Of a stretch of 64,000 nucleotides of DNA, positions 28,042 through 36,974 are shown piece after piece. Source of the stretch: Candidatus Poribacteria bacterium (lineage in GTDB: Bacteria > Poribacteria > WGA-4E > WGA-3G); assembly GCA_965197475.1 (NCBI GenBank), contig CBDANF010000002.1, positions 1,280,001-1,344,000 on the forward strand, given 5' to 3'. A program made the translations under genes and the position numbers. The notes under the pieces were generated by a model that saw only the letters and a program-made list of their open reading frames with translations, made no database searches and was not told the origin of the DNA. The stretch's first letter is position 1, and every line of letters starts with the position of its first letter.

Positions 28042-29283
28042 ATGTTTGCTAAGATTGCCTGTGGGGTTTTAATCCTCACTACTACTTTGTTGCTCACTCC
28101 ATCTATTAGTAGAACTGAAACAGCAGTATCGGAAATGCAACAAGGACTGGAATACGTCAAACTCCGACTCTACCCGCAGGCAGTTGATACCTTCAAATTG
28201 ATCTTATCGCGAAAACCGACAGATATTAACGCGCTTTTTCAATTGGCGAATGTCTACAAATTACAAGATGAGTTGGAATTAGCGATAGAAACGTTCAACA
28301 AGATTTTTGCAATCGCAGAGTCGAAAAATATATTGGCAATAGATCGGATTTTTGGATTTACGCATCTTGCGCTGGCTGAAATTTACTGTAAACAGAGCAA
28401 GTTAGACATGGCTGAGCAGCATGCGATGGAGGCAGTTCAGATATGCGCTACGGATGCTGATACACATTACCGACTCGGTTATATTTACACACATCAGGCA
28501 AAGTTTGATAAGGCACTCTCAGCGTTTAAGCGAACACTTACACTCAAACATGATTTTGCTGAAGTCTATGAATGGCTCGGCTTGATTGCGCTTATGCAGC
28601 ACAAACCGAAGCAAGCGATAGCACACTATAAAGTTGCAATCCAGAAAAAGCCTTATGTTCAGAGTGCCTACTATAACCTTGCGAAAGCTTACCGTATCCT
28701 CGGCGATATGGAATCCGCAAAGGAACAACTAAAGTTATTCCAACAGATGAAGACCTATTACGACAAGACTTATGCTATTGAAGGTTCTTTGGCGGAAAAT
28801 CCATCAAACACAACGTTACGACTGAAATTGGCAGAGATACATGTAGCGCACAAGCATTTCTCAGCAGCAATTGCCGCTTACCAAGCACTGATTCGGTTGA
28901 ATCCAGAATTTATAACAGGATATGACAAATTGGGAAGGCTCTATATGGAACTTAATATACCACAGCGCGCAATACCGCTTTTCCATAAGGTAATAAAATT
29001 AAATCCTGATGCTGTAGAAGCACATGTTCGGTTGGGATGGCTACATACAGTAGAAAAATCATTTGACAAGGCAGAAACACATCTGAAAAAGGCTATAGAA
29101 AAAATGCCGAAACTTACTTTAGCGTATCACGGGTTAGCAGAAATTTATACACAACAGGGGCACATCGAAAAAGCGATTAAAATCTATAAACATATCACAC
29201 AAATTGAACCTGACGATAGAGATGCTTGGACGGCATTACACAAATTGGAACGTATGAAAAAGGGAGGACAAACGAAGCAATAA
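28042..29283 (+). CDS. Exported tetratricopeptide repeat protein
   Basis: Signal-like N-terminus and many TPR units (HYRLGYIY, YYNLAKAY, HVRLGWL); start uncertain (28012 or 28042). Confidence 0.85.
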   Translation: MFAKIACGVLILTTTLLLTPSISRTETAVSEMQQGLEYVKLRLYPQAVDTFKLILSRKPTDINALFQLANVYKLQDELELAIETFNKIFAIAESKNILAIDRIFGFTHLALAEIYCKQSKLDMAEQHAMEAVQICATDADTHYRLGYIYTHQAKFDKALSAFKRTLTLKHDFAEVYEWLGLIALMQHKPKQAIAHYKVAIQKKPYVQSAYYNLAKAYRILGDMESAKEQLKLFQQMKTYYDKTYAIEGSLAENPSNTTLRLKLAEIHVAHKHFSAAIAAYQALIRLNPEFITGYDKLGRLYMELNIPQRAIPLFHKVIKLNPDAVEAHVRLGWLHTVEKSFDKAETHLKKAIEKMPKLTLAYHGLAEIYTQQGHIEKAIKIYKHITQIEPDDRDAWTALHKLERMKKGGQTKQ

Positions 29284-29295
29284 GTTTTCTATAGG

Positions 29296-31014
29296 TTGTC
29301 GGTTATTTTTATGTTAAAGATTAACCACCATTTTTACACGCCGTATCTCTATCTCCTATTCATATTAGCACTCATCACTAAGTTTATAGGTTTTCAAAAC
29401 TGTGTTCCCGCTTCAGCAGAATCAATTTTTGTTGACGTTACCGAGTCTGCGGGCATCACGTTTGAACATACCGATGGTAGAAGCGGTAAAAGGCTTTTCA
29501 ATGAATTTCTCGGTTCTGGCGGCGGTTTCTTCGATTATGACAATGATGGGGACCTTGACATCTATCTTGTGAACGGTGCAATTCAGACAGGCAACGCCCA
29601 AGACAAAACACAACATAACGTACTCTACCGAAACAACGGTGATGGCACGTTCACCGATGTCACCGAAAAAGTAGGCGTGGGTAGTACAGCTTACGGCACA
29701 GGTGCTACCGTTGGTGACTATGATAATGATGGTGATCTTGATCTTTATGTTACTAATTTTGGTGGAGATCAACTTTATCAAAACAACGGAGACGGCACTT
29801 TTACAGATGTAACAAAGCAGGCTAAGGTCGGCAACCAAAACTGGGGAACGAGTTGTGCTTTTGCTGATGTTGATAACGATGGGGATTTAGACCTTTATGT
29901 AGCGAACTACGCCGCATATAATCCGAAGGATGATAAACAGTGTAAGGAACGAGGTGTACATGTCTATTGCGGTCCTCATGCCTACCCTGCAGTTCACGAT
30001 ACTTTTTACAAAAACAGTGGCGATGGCACGTTCACCGATGTTTCTACCACATATCGCCCCTCTGACCTGATCCCTCAGCACGGGTTAGGTGTAACATTCG
30101 GAGATTACGACGGTGATGGTGATTTAGATTTATATGTGGCAAACGATCAAGATCCGAACTTTCTATTTCAAAATGATGGAAAAGGTAAATTTTTAGAGGT
30201 TGCATTAATTTCTGGTGTTTGCTACAATGATATGGGAAAAGAAGAAGCTGGAATGGGTACTGATTTCGGTGACTATGACAACGACGGGAAACTTGACATT
30301 ACTGTCAGCAACTACCAGACAGAAACGAATACCCTTTACCATAATCACGATAGCGATTTTTTTATTGACAATACTATTGCATCAGGAATAGCTGAGGTGA
30401 CACACGGTTACCTCGGATGGGGTATCAAGTTTTTTGATTATGATAACGATGGGTACCAAGACATTTTTGTAGCAAATGGCCACTTGATGGATAACATCTC
30501 TGTGCTTGAAAAGCACGTGACCTATCCGCAAAGGAATCTGTTGTTTAGGAATTTGGGTGATGGCACGTTTGCCAATGTCATGTCACAGGAAGATGGTTTA
30601 ACCTTGAAAAAGGTCAGTCGTGGTGCCGCTATCGGCGATTACGACAATGATGGTGACCTTGATATTCTTGTTACCAACTGCAATCAACGTCCGGATCTGC
30701 TTCAAAACGTTGTTGGTAATCGAAATAATTGGGTGCAAATTCAGGTTGTCGGACAGAAAAGCAACCGTTCTGGCATTGGCGCAAAAATAAAGGTTGTGGC
30801 CGGAACACACGTCCAGTATCGTGAGGTACAAAGTGGTGGGAGTTATCTCTCTTTTCATGATCTACGTGCCCATTTTGGTGTTGGAAAAGCGGAACAGATT
30901 GAACTTCTTGAGATTCGATGGCCTACTGGTCAAATTGACAGAGGCACACACCTTCCCGCCAACCAAAGGTATTTAGTTGTTGAAGGAGACAAAATCGTTC
31001 CGATTCAACAATGA
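29296..31014 (+). CDS. CRTAC1-like FG-GAP/VCBS repeat protein with ASPIC/UnbV domain
   Basis: Repeated DYDNDGDLDLYV and NNGDGTFTDV; C-terminal SNRSGIGA...GSYLS...HFG...IRWP. Confidence 0.92.
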   Translation: MSVIFMLKINHHFYTPYLYLLFILALITKFIGFQNCVPASAESIFVDVTESAGITFEHTDGRSGKRLFNEFLGSGGGFFDYDNDGDLDIYLVNGAIQTGNAQDKTQHNVLYRNNGDGTFTDVTEKVGVGSTAYGTGATVGDYDNDGDLDLYVTNFGGDQLYQNNGDGTFTDVTKQAKVGNQNWGTSCAFADVDNDGDLDLYVANYAAYNPKDDKQCKERGVHVYCGPHAYPAVHDTFYKNSGDGTFTDVSTTYRPSDLIPQHGLGVTFGDYDGDGDLDLYVANDQDPNFLFQNDGKGKFLEVALISGVCYNDMGKEEAGMGTDFGDYDNDGKLDITVSNYQTETNTLYHNHDSDFFIDNTIASGIAEVTHGYLGWGIKFFDYDNDGYQDIFVANGHLMDNISVLEKHVTYPQRNLLFRNLGDGTFANVMSQEDGLTLKKVSRGAAIGDYDNDGDLDILVTNCNQRPDLLQNVVGNRNNWVQIQVVGQKSNRSGIGAKIKVVAGTHVQYREVQSGGSYLSFHDLRAHFGVGKAEQIELLEIRWPTGQIDRGTHLPANQRYLVVEGDKIVPIQQ

Positions 31015-31061
31015 TTATTAAAATAAATGCCTACTAAGGCAAATTAAAAAGGAGGTACAAA

Positions 31062-31847
31062 ATCAAAAGCTTATTTATTATGTTAACGCTTTTAACGCTT
31101 GTGGCATCTTTCGCGCATGCAGCAAATGAACCAGAGGATGCGCTCATTCTCTATATGTCTTTTGATACAATTGATGGAATACAGACGATTGACCATTCAA
31201 AGTATGAAAACCACGGTGAAATGATGGGAAACCCACAACACGTTGAAGGAAGATTCGGTAAAGCTCTTCAATTTAACGGTGTATCCGACTATGTTGAAAT
31301 TCCACACCATGAAACACTTACCGTGGATCAGGATGTCACGGTCATGGCTTGGATTCATACTGAGAGGCATACAGGACCTGATAACGCGCAATGGCAAGGT
31401 ATCTTGGCAAAGGGGAACAACCCACGTTCTTATAGTTTCTGGACTGAGGAAAAGAGTAAGTGTTTGCACTTCAGTGTAGGTGCACCTAATGGTGGTAGTG
31501 TCTGCCACCAAGGTGAAGTCAAGCTAAACGAATGGCAACATGTTGTGGCACAAGTGAATAGTGGAACCCACCGTTATTGGATTAATGGGGAAAAAGTTGG
31601 AGAAACCGGTAACAAACCGGACCCACCTGGCTTAGAGGATACATCCCCTGTCGTCGTTGGAACTGCAGGCGGAGGTAATAAACGATATTTCCTCGGTATG
31701 ATTGACGAAGTCCGCATCTGGAACCGTGCGCTTACTGAAGAAGAGGTGAATGAACAGATGGAAAAAGGGCATTTCGCACTTTTTCCTGTTGACCCGCGCC
31801 AAAAATTAGCTACAACGTGGGGAAACCTGAAAACACAACAGCGATAA
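31062..31847 (+). CDS. Secreted LamG-domain protein; homologous start codon is ATC (next ATG at 31080)
   Basis: Close paralog of 32965-33735; GGAGG lies 6 nt before an in-frame ATC. Confidence 0.85.
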   Translation: MKSLFIMLTLLTLVASFAHAANEPEDALILYMSFDTIDGIQTIDHSKYENHGEMMGNPQHVEGRFGKALQFNGVSDYVEIPHHETLTVDQDVTVMAWIHTERHTGPDNAQWQGILAKGNNPRSYSFWTEEKSKCLHFSVGAPNGGSVCHQGEVKLNEWQHVVAQVNSGTHRYWINGEKVGETGNKPDPPGLEDTSPVVVGTAGGGNKRYFLGMIDEVRIWNRALTEEEVNEQMEKGHFALFPVDPRQKLATTWGNLKTQQR

Positions 31848-31932
31848 AATGGACGATCATCTTGATTCGTCCTCAAGAGAGTTTCTGCTGAATTTGTAAC
31901 AAGTGCTTGCGGAGACTCTTTAAATCTATAAC

Positions 31933-32050
31933 AGGACTTACGCAAATTTGAAGTAGCAGCAAAATTGAGTCTGCATTTCTAAAGAACGCGCAATAAATTG
32001 TGCTACTACAAACACAGAAACGCTTGAAAACAAGCAGAATGCGTAAATCA
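31933..32050. mobile_element. MITE-like element with AGGACTTACGCA-type ends
   Basis: AGGACTTACGCA...TGCGTAAATCA; short copy at 32885-32931; contains a REP-like GCAATAAATTGTGCTACTAC also seen near 1756 and 20471. Confidence 0.6.
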
Positions 32051-32054
32051 ATAA

Positions 32055-32340
32055 TAGACATTATAATGATTTAATCGTCCGTCCCTGATATCACTAATAC
32101 CGAAATATAGTCTAAACGCTAATGGCTTGTCCGTCGGGTAGAGTTTGCGAAACCCGACATGTTTGTTCTGAATGTCAAGTGTTCAGATGGTGGAAGTTAC
32201 CGTTTTATAGATTGCGAAATCTGCTATATTATCTCTGGAACCCTGATATTGTCGGGTTTCGCTGCGCTCTACCCGACCTACGAACTTTAGATTTTATTAT
32301 AAACCAGTAACAACACACAATTAAAACGTTATAATGTCTA
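32055..32340. mobile_element. 286-bp MITE (TIR TAGACATTATA) carrying an inverted REP pair
   Basis: TAGACATTATAATGATTTAAT...ATTAAAACGTTATAATGTCTA; internal GTCGGGTAGAG..GCGAAACCCGACA and its reverse complement; second copy at 52126-52306. Confidence 0.8.
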
Positions 32341-32360
32341 ATATATTTTAAAAATTATGT

Positions 32361-32389
32361 TTGACATTTTTTTGAAAGTTTTGTATAAT
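32361..32389 (+). promoter_or_regulatory. Perfect consensus sigma70 promoter
   Basis: TTGACA-17 nt-TATAAT. Confidence 0.8.
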
Positions 32390-32536
32390 TATAAATATAA
32401 ACAAGTTCAAGAAATTAGTGTGATAGAACTCTTGACATGGTTTGTCTGCAAAAAAACTTTTTATCCATTTTAGGCAGATATAAAGGGATTGTTGTTTGAT
32501 GGTATCGGGACAGATGCTCAAACATGGCAAAGGATA

Positions 32537-32827
32537 ATGCAAAATACTAATACTAACCGCAATGTTGAAAAAGCGTCCTCAATTAGATTAGGTCAACACC
32601 ACAGTTGGTCTATTCCTACTTCTTCCACGCCTTCAGCATCACTCATTTTGCGACCCCCCCCCCCCCCCCAGTTAACGATTGTAATAGTATTTCAGTTACA
32701 AATAGGCGAATATCGGTTCGGACCATCAGTCTTTTGTCGCGCCCGCACGCTCTCAATTGGACATTGTGAGTTTTGTTGCGAGCTATTTTGTTTGCAGAAG
32801 GTGGGTATTCCCACCCAATATTCATGA
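32537..32827 (+). other. Short ORF or leader with a C16 homopolymer (32654-32669); possible phase-variable leader remnant
   Basis: AAGGA RBS, ATG at 32537, MQNTNTNRNVEK...LILRPPPPP; 16 consecutive C. Confidence 0.45.
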
Positions 32828-32884
32828 ACACAACGCATGAGTGTTTTTAGTGTTATTTTAGGAACTCTAACCGTAAACTTAATC

Positions 32885-32931
32885 AGGACTTACATAGATT
32901 TGGGTGCCTACTTTTAAAGTGCGTAAGTCCT
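32885..32931. mobile_element. Minimal 47-bp AGGACTTAC...GTAAGTCCT element
   Basis: Terminal inverted repeats of the same family as 31933. Confidence 0.65.
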
Positions 32932-32964
32932 ATCTATAATTAATCTATAATTAAGGAGGAAAAC

Positions 32965-33735
32965 ATGAAAACTCTATTTATGATGTTAACAATTATTGCG
33001 TTTGTGGCTTCTTTTGCCCACGCGCTGAATGAACCAGAGGAATCGCTCATCCTTTACATGTCTTTTGATACGGTTGATGGGAAAAACACAATTGACCATT
33101 CAAAGTATGAAAACCATGGCGAAATGGTGGGTGACCCGAAACATGTTGAGGGCAAATTCGGTAAAGCATTAGAATTTAACGGCACATCCGATTGGGTTGA
33201 AATCCCGCATCATGAGACGCTCACTGTTGATAAGGATGTCACGGTCATGGCTTGGATTCATACTGAGAGGCTTACGGGACCCAATAACGCGCAGTGGCAA
33301 GGCATCCTTGCAAAAGGCAACGCTCTCCGTTCCTATAGTTTCTATACTGAGTCAAAAAGTAAGTGTTTGCACTTCGTTGCCGGTGCCGGAAGCGTCTGCA
33401 ACGGGGAAGTCAAGTTAAACGAATGGCAGCATGTCGCTGCGCAGACGAGTGATGGAACACACCGGTATTGGATTAACGGTCAGAAGGTTGGTGAAGTCGG
33501 CGGCAAAGCACCACCGCCAGGCCAAGCTGATACAGCCGATGTCCTTATTGGGAAAACACATGAACCGGCTCGCGAATTCCTTGGATTAATCGACGAGGTG
33601 CGCATCTGGAACCGGGCTCTCTCTGAAGAAGAGATTGTTGAGCAAATGGAAAAAGGGCATTTTGAGCTCCTTCCTGTTGACCCACGCCAGAAATTAACAA
33701 CGACGTGGGGAACCCTAAAGACTCAAAAACGATAG
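32965..33735 (+). CDS. Secreted LamG-domain protein
   Basis: GKFGKALEF, TVMAWI, WQHV, GLIDEVRIWNRALS; tail PVDPRQKLTTTWGTLK. Confidence 0.92.
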   Translation: MKTLFMMLTIIAFVASFAHALNEPEESLILYMSFDTVDGKNTIDHSKYENHGEMVGDPKHVEGKFGKALEFNGTSDWVEIPHHETLTVDKDVTVMAWIHTERLTGPNNAQWQGILAKGNALRSYSFYTESKSKCLHFVAGAGSVCNGEVKLNEWQHVAAQTSDGTHRYWINGQKVGEVGGKAPPPGQADTADVLIGKTHEPAREFLGLIDEVRIWNRALSEEEIVEQMEKGHFELLPVDPRQKLTTTWGTLKTQKR

Positions 33736-33825
33736 TTACAACTAACAGTGATAAGGTTTACTTTTATCACTATAATTTTTATATCACTACTTCGGGATTT
33801 CCGAAGTTAAATTTGGAGGAAAATA

Positions 33826-34596
33826 ATGAGGTTTTTGTTTGTTGTATTAACCCTTACCGTGTTTGTTGCTTCTTTCGCTCACGCAGCAGAAGAATCGGAT
33901 GAATCGCTCATCCTCTATTTCTCTTTTGATGAATTAGATGGGGACATGGCGGTTGACCATTCGCAATATGGGAATAATGGCACTGTAAACGGTGCTCCTG
34001 AGCTGGCAGATGGTAAGTTTGGAAAGGCTCTGAAACTTAACGGAGAAACAGACTGGGTTGAAGTGCCACATGCCGATATTCTTACCGTTGAAACAAGTGT
34101 AACCGTGATGGCATGGATTAATGCTGAAAGGCACATGGGACCGAATAACCAACGTTGGCAAGGTATCCTCGCAAAAGGGAACAGTCCGCGCTCTTATAGT
34201 TTCTACACCGAATCCCCAAGTGAATGTTTGCACTTCGTTACGGGAAGTGGTAGTACCTGCGCGGAAAAAATTGCCCTCAATAAGTGGCAGCATGTTGTTG
34301 GGCAGTCAGATAGTGGCACGCATAGGTATTGGCTTAATGGTGTAAATATCGGTGAATTTGGTGGTAAAGGTGCTTTACCGGGAGCTGCGGATACCTCTAA
34401 CGTCTTCGTCGGAACTACAGCCGAAGGTGCTAATAGAAGGTTCCTTGGCTTGATTGACGAGGTCCGTATCTGGAACCGTGCCCTCACCGAGGAAGAAGTT
34501 ATCATGGAGATGGAAAGCGGATATCAATCCGGAACAGCTGTCGATCCACGGGCGAAATTAGCCATGACTTGGGGTACCATAAAATCCCACAAATAA
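33826..34596 (+). CDS. Secreted LamG-domain protein
   Basis: Third tandem paralog; tail AVDPRAKLAMTWGTIK. Confidence 0.92.
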   Translation: MRFLFVVLTLTVFVASFAHAAEESDESLILYFSFDELDGDMAVDHSQYGNNGTVNGAPELADGKFGKALKLNGETDWVEVPHADILTVETSVTVMAWINAERHMGPNNQRWQGILAKGNSPRSYSFYTESPSECLHFVTGSGSTCAEKIALNKWQHVVGQSDSGTHRYWLNGVNIGEFGGKGALPGAADTSNVFVGTTAEGANRRFLGLIDEVRIWNRALTEEEVIMEMESGYQSGTAVDPRAKLAMTWGTIKSHK

Positions 34597-34626
34597 CGGA
34601 TTGACAGTTATAATTCACGTATTTCT

Positions 34627-34656
34627 TGTAGGTGAACTCGGTTGGGTTCACCTACA
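34627..34656. terminator. Hairpin after the LamG cluster (terminator or REP-like)
   Basis: TGTAGGTGAAC...GTTCACCTACA inverted repeat. Confidence 0.55.
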
Positions 34657-34725
34657 TCCTTTCAGATGTGGCAGAAATTGAAGTTGATAAAATCCTCTGA
34701 TAAATAAAAGGAGAATACATAAAAT

Positions 34726-35127
34726 ATGAACGGAAAATTTATATCATCCGAAGAGGTTGAAAGAGACCACTTAGATTGGGGAACAATAGGTTGGCTCAGC
34801 CGTCCAGAAACCACAGGTGCAAAAGATATCGTCGCAATGGAAGTTAGTCTCTCCCCCGGATACGGGCATGATTTTCATAAACATCCCGATCAGGAAGAGG
34901 TTATCTACGTTATAGAAGGCAGCGTTGAGCAGTGGCTTGAAGATAAGAAGCAAACGCTAAACGCAGGTGACTCTGTCTTCATCGCAGCGGACGTTGTTCA
35001 CGCATCTTTTAATGTTTCAAATCAACCTGCGAAGTTATTTGTTACGCTGAGCCCCAGTAAGGGAGAAGAAGGATATCAACTCATTGATGTTTATGATGAA
35101 GCACCGTGGAATACCCTTCGCTCATAA
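34726..35127 (+). CDS. Cupin-domain protein
   Basis: HDFHKHPDQEEVIYVIEG...GDSVFI...VVH. Confidence 0.9.
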   Translation: MNGKFISSEEVERDHLDWGTIGWLSRPETTGAKDIVAMEVSLSPGYGHDFHKHPDQEEVIYVIEGSVEQWLEDKKQTLNAGDSVFIAADVVHASFNVSNQPAKLFVTLSPSKGEEGYQLIDVYDEAPWNTLRS

Positions 35128-35226
35128 TTGAAACTAATTAGGTTCCTTTCAGACCCTCGCACTTTTTCTTGTTTTCCTGTACCCAAACGGATATAATTTA
35201 TTAAACCTTTTTGGATTTGGACAAAT

Positions 35227-36057
35227 ATGCTTGACACACCCATACCTGAAACACCATTGCAACTCCGTCAGCGGATGCGCGAATTCTATGAAACATCAGA
35301 AACCTATAAAGACCTCTTAGCTGCACATGACGAAGTCTACCTCCGACACTACGTAGAATTGGTAACCCGTTATGCACCATCAGGTTCCAAGATTTTGGAT
35401 CTCGGGTGCGGGAACGGTATTTCCGCTCAACTGCTAAATCAGGCGGACTATGATGTCGTTGGGACTGATATATCGCCGCTTTTTCTTGAGGAAGCGCGGA
35501 ATTGGGAAAATCCGAGACTACGATATCAAGTGTGTGATGTTGTGGAGTTACCGTTTGAGAATGCGTCCTTTGATGTTATCTGTTCAAACGAACTCATAGA
35601 ACATCTGCCTGATGTAGAGACAGCATTAAATGAGATGATTCGTGTTGTACGCAAAGGCGGGAAGGTTGTGCTTTCCGGACCAAATCTTTGTTCACCCTTA
35701 ACACCTTTCCTTGATTGGGTCCGTCTGATGTGTGGTAAACCGGGCAGACCCGTTTGGGGAGAAACAAAGCGGCAAGCATTGCAACAATTTAAGCGAAACT
35801 GTGGACTCTACATAAAAAAGCGTTTCTTGACAAAAACACCTCACTTTATTTATCGCAACCCGGATCTACAAGCAGATGCTATCGGTGGCGATGCTGACAG
35901 TGCCTATTACGCTAACCCAATTGATCTTGCTCAATTTTTTAAGCTGAACGGATTTAGCATAGTCAAAAAATCTGTTGGCTTTGGCATAAAAGGCAGAATT
36001 ATTGCGAGCATGTTTCCGTATTTGAGTCCTTATATCACTATGGTTGTCCAGAAATGA
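35227..36057 (+). CDS. Class I SAM-dependent methyltransferase
   Basis: ILDLGCGNG, GTDIS, LPFENASFDVI, IEHL. Confidence 0.92.
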   Translation: MLDTPIPETPLQLRQRMREFYETSETYKDLLAAHDEVYLRHYVELVTRYAPSGSKILDLGCGNGISAQLLNQADYDVVGTDISPLFLEEARNWENPRLRYQVCDVVELPFENASFDVICSNELIEHLPDVETALNEMIRVVRKGGKVVLSGPNLCSPLTPFLDWVRLMCGKPGRPVWGETKRQALQQFKRNCGLYIKKRFLTKTPHFIYRNPDLQADAIGGDADSAYYANPIDLAQFFKLNGFSIVKKSVGFGIKGRIIASMFPYLSPYITMVVQK

Positions 36058-36890
36058 ACATTCGTGCAAACGATTTTGTTTTAGAAATTGGAAGCGGGCA
36101 CAACCCCAAAATACGCTCTGATGTTTTATGCGATAAATTTATGGATGATGACGAACAGCGCGGCGGTATAATTGTTGCGGACCGACCAATGGTGGAAGCG
36201 GATGGGCAGTTTCTGCCTTTTGCAGATGGGGCGTTTGACTATGTGATATGTTCACATGTTTTGGAACATGTTGAAGATCCGGATTTACTTGTATCCGAAT
36301 TGATGCGTGTAGCACCCCGCGGCTATATTGAAACACCCTCCGAAATTGGAGAACGTATCTACGGATGGCATTATCACAACTGGGTAGTTAACCTAATTGA
36401 CGGTCGTTTGGTGTTACAAAAAAACGATAAGCGAACCGAATTTGGACAACTTTTCCACACGTTGGCGGCAAAAGATAAGCATTGGAAGCGATTCCACATT
36501 ATGCATCACCGTATTTTCCTTGTCCAGTATGAATGGGAAGGCAAGATAGACTACGAAATATCGGACGGGAAGGAGTCGCCACTGAATTTGAAATGTCCGC
36601 AGACTATTGAAGAACTTCTAACACCCAAGGTTTCGGAGCAAACCCATAAAGGTTTTTGGTTAATTCTTAAAAGTGTGGTTCCGCGCGGTATTGTATCTCG
36701 TGCAAAATCGCTTTTAGCAAAAAGTAGAAGCCGCCAAACCAAAACATTAAAGGAAATTATCGCCTGTCCGCAGTGTAAAGGCGAAATTACATGGCAGGAA
36801 CAAAACCTACATTGTAATAAATGCAATCGGTTTTATCCGGTTATTGATGGAATTCCGAGATTTACCGTAACTCCAGGGAATTCTCTGTAA
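36054..36890 (+). CDS. Methyltransferase-domain protein with C-terminal Trm112-like zinc ribbon
   Basis: VLEIGSG, LPFADGAFDYVICSHVLEHV; tail IIACPQCKG...CNKCNRFYPVIDGIP; ATGA overlap with the upstream gene. Confidence 0.85.
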   Translation: MNIRANDFVLEIGSGHNPKIRSDVLCDKFMDDDEQRGGIIVADRPMVEADGQFLPFADGAFDYVICSHVLEHVEDPDLLVSELMRVAPRGYIETPSEIGERIYGWHYHNWVVNLIDGRLVLQKNDKRTEFGQLFHTLAAKDKHWKRFHIMHHRIFLVQYEWEGKIDYEISDGKESPLNLKCPQTIEELLTPKVSEQTHKGFWLILKSVVPRGIVSRAKSLLAKSRSRQTKTLKEIIACPQCKGEITWQEQNLHCNKCNRFYPVIDGIPRFTVTPGNSL

Positions 36891-36974
36891 TCTCTAAAAC
36901 ACCTAATCTTAACGCTTCATCTTTCTTGAGAAAACTTAGGTTATAACAACCTGCAAAAGAGGAACATATAAATA

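Noticed and set aside
32643-32831. Minus-strand poly-Gly ORF
   Set aside because: Promoter and RBS evidence favour the plus strand; no clear RBS. Not fully excluded.
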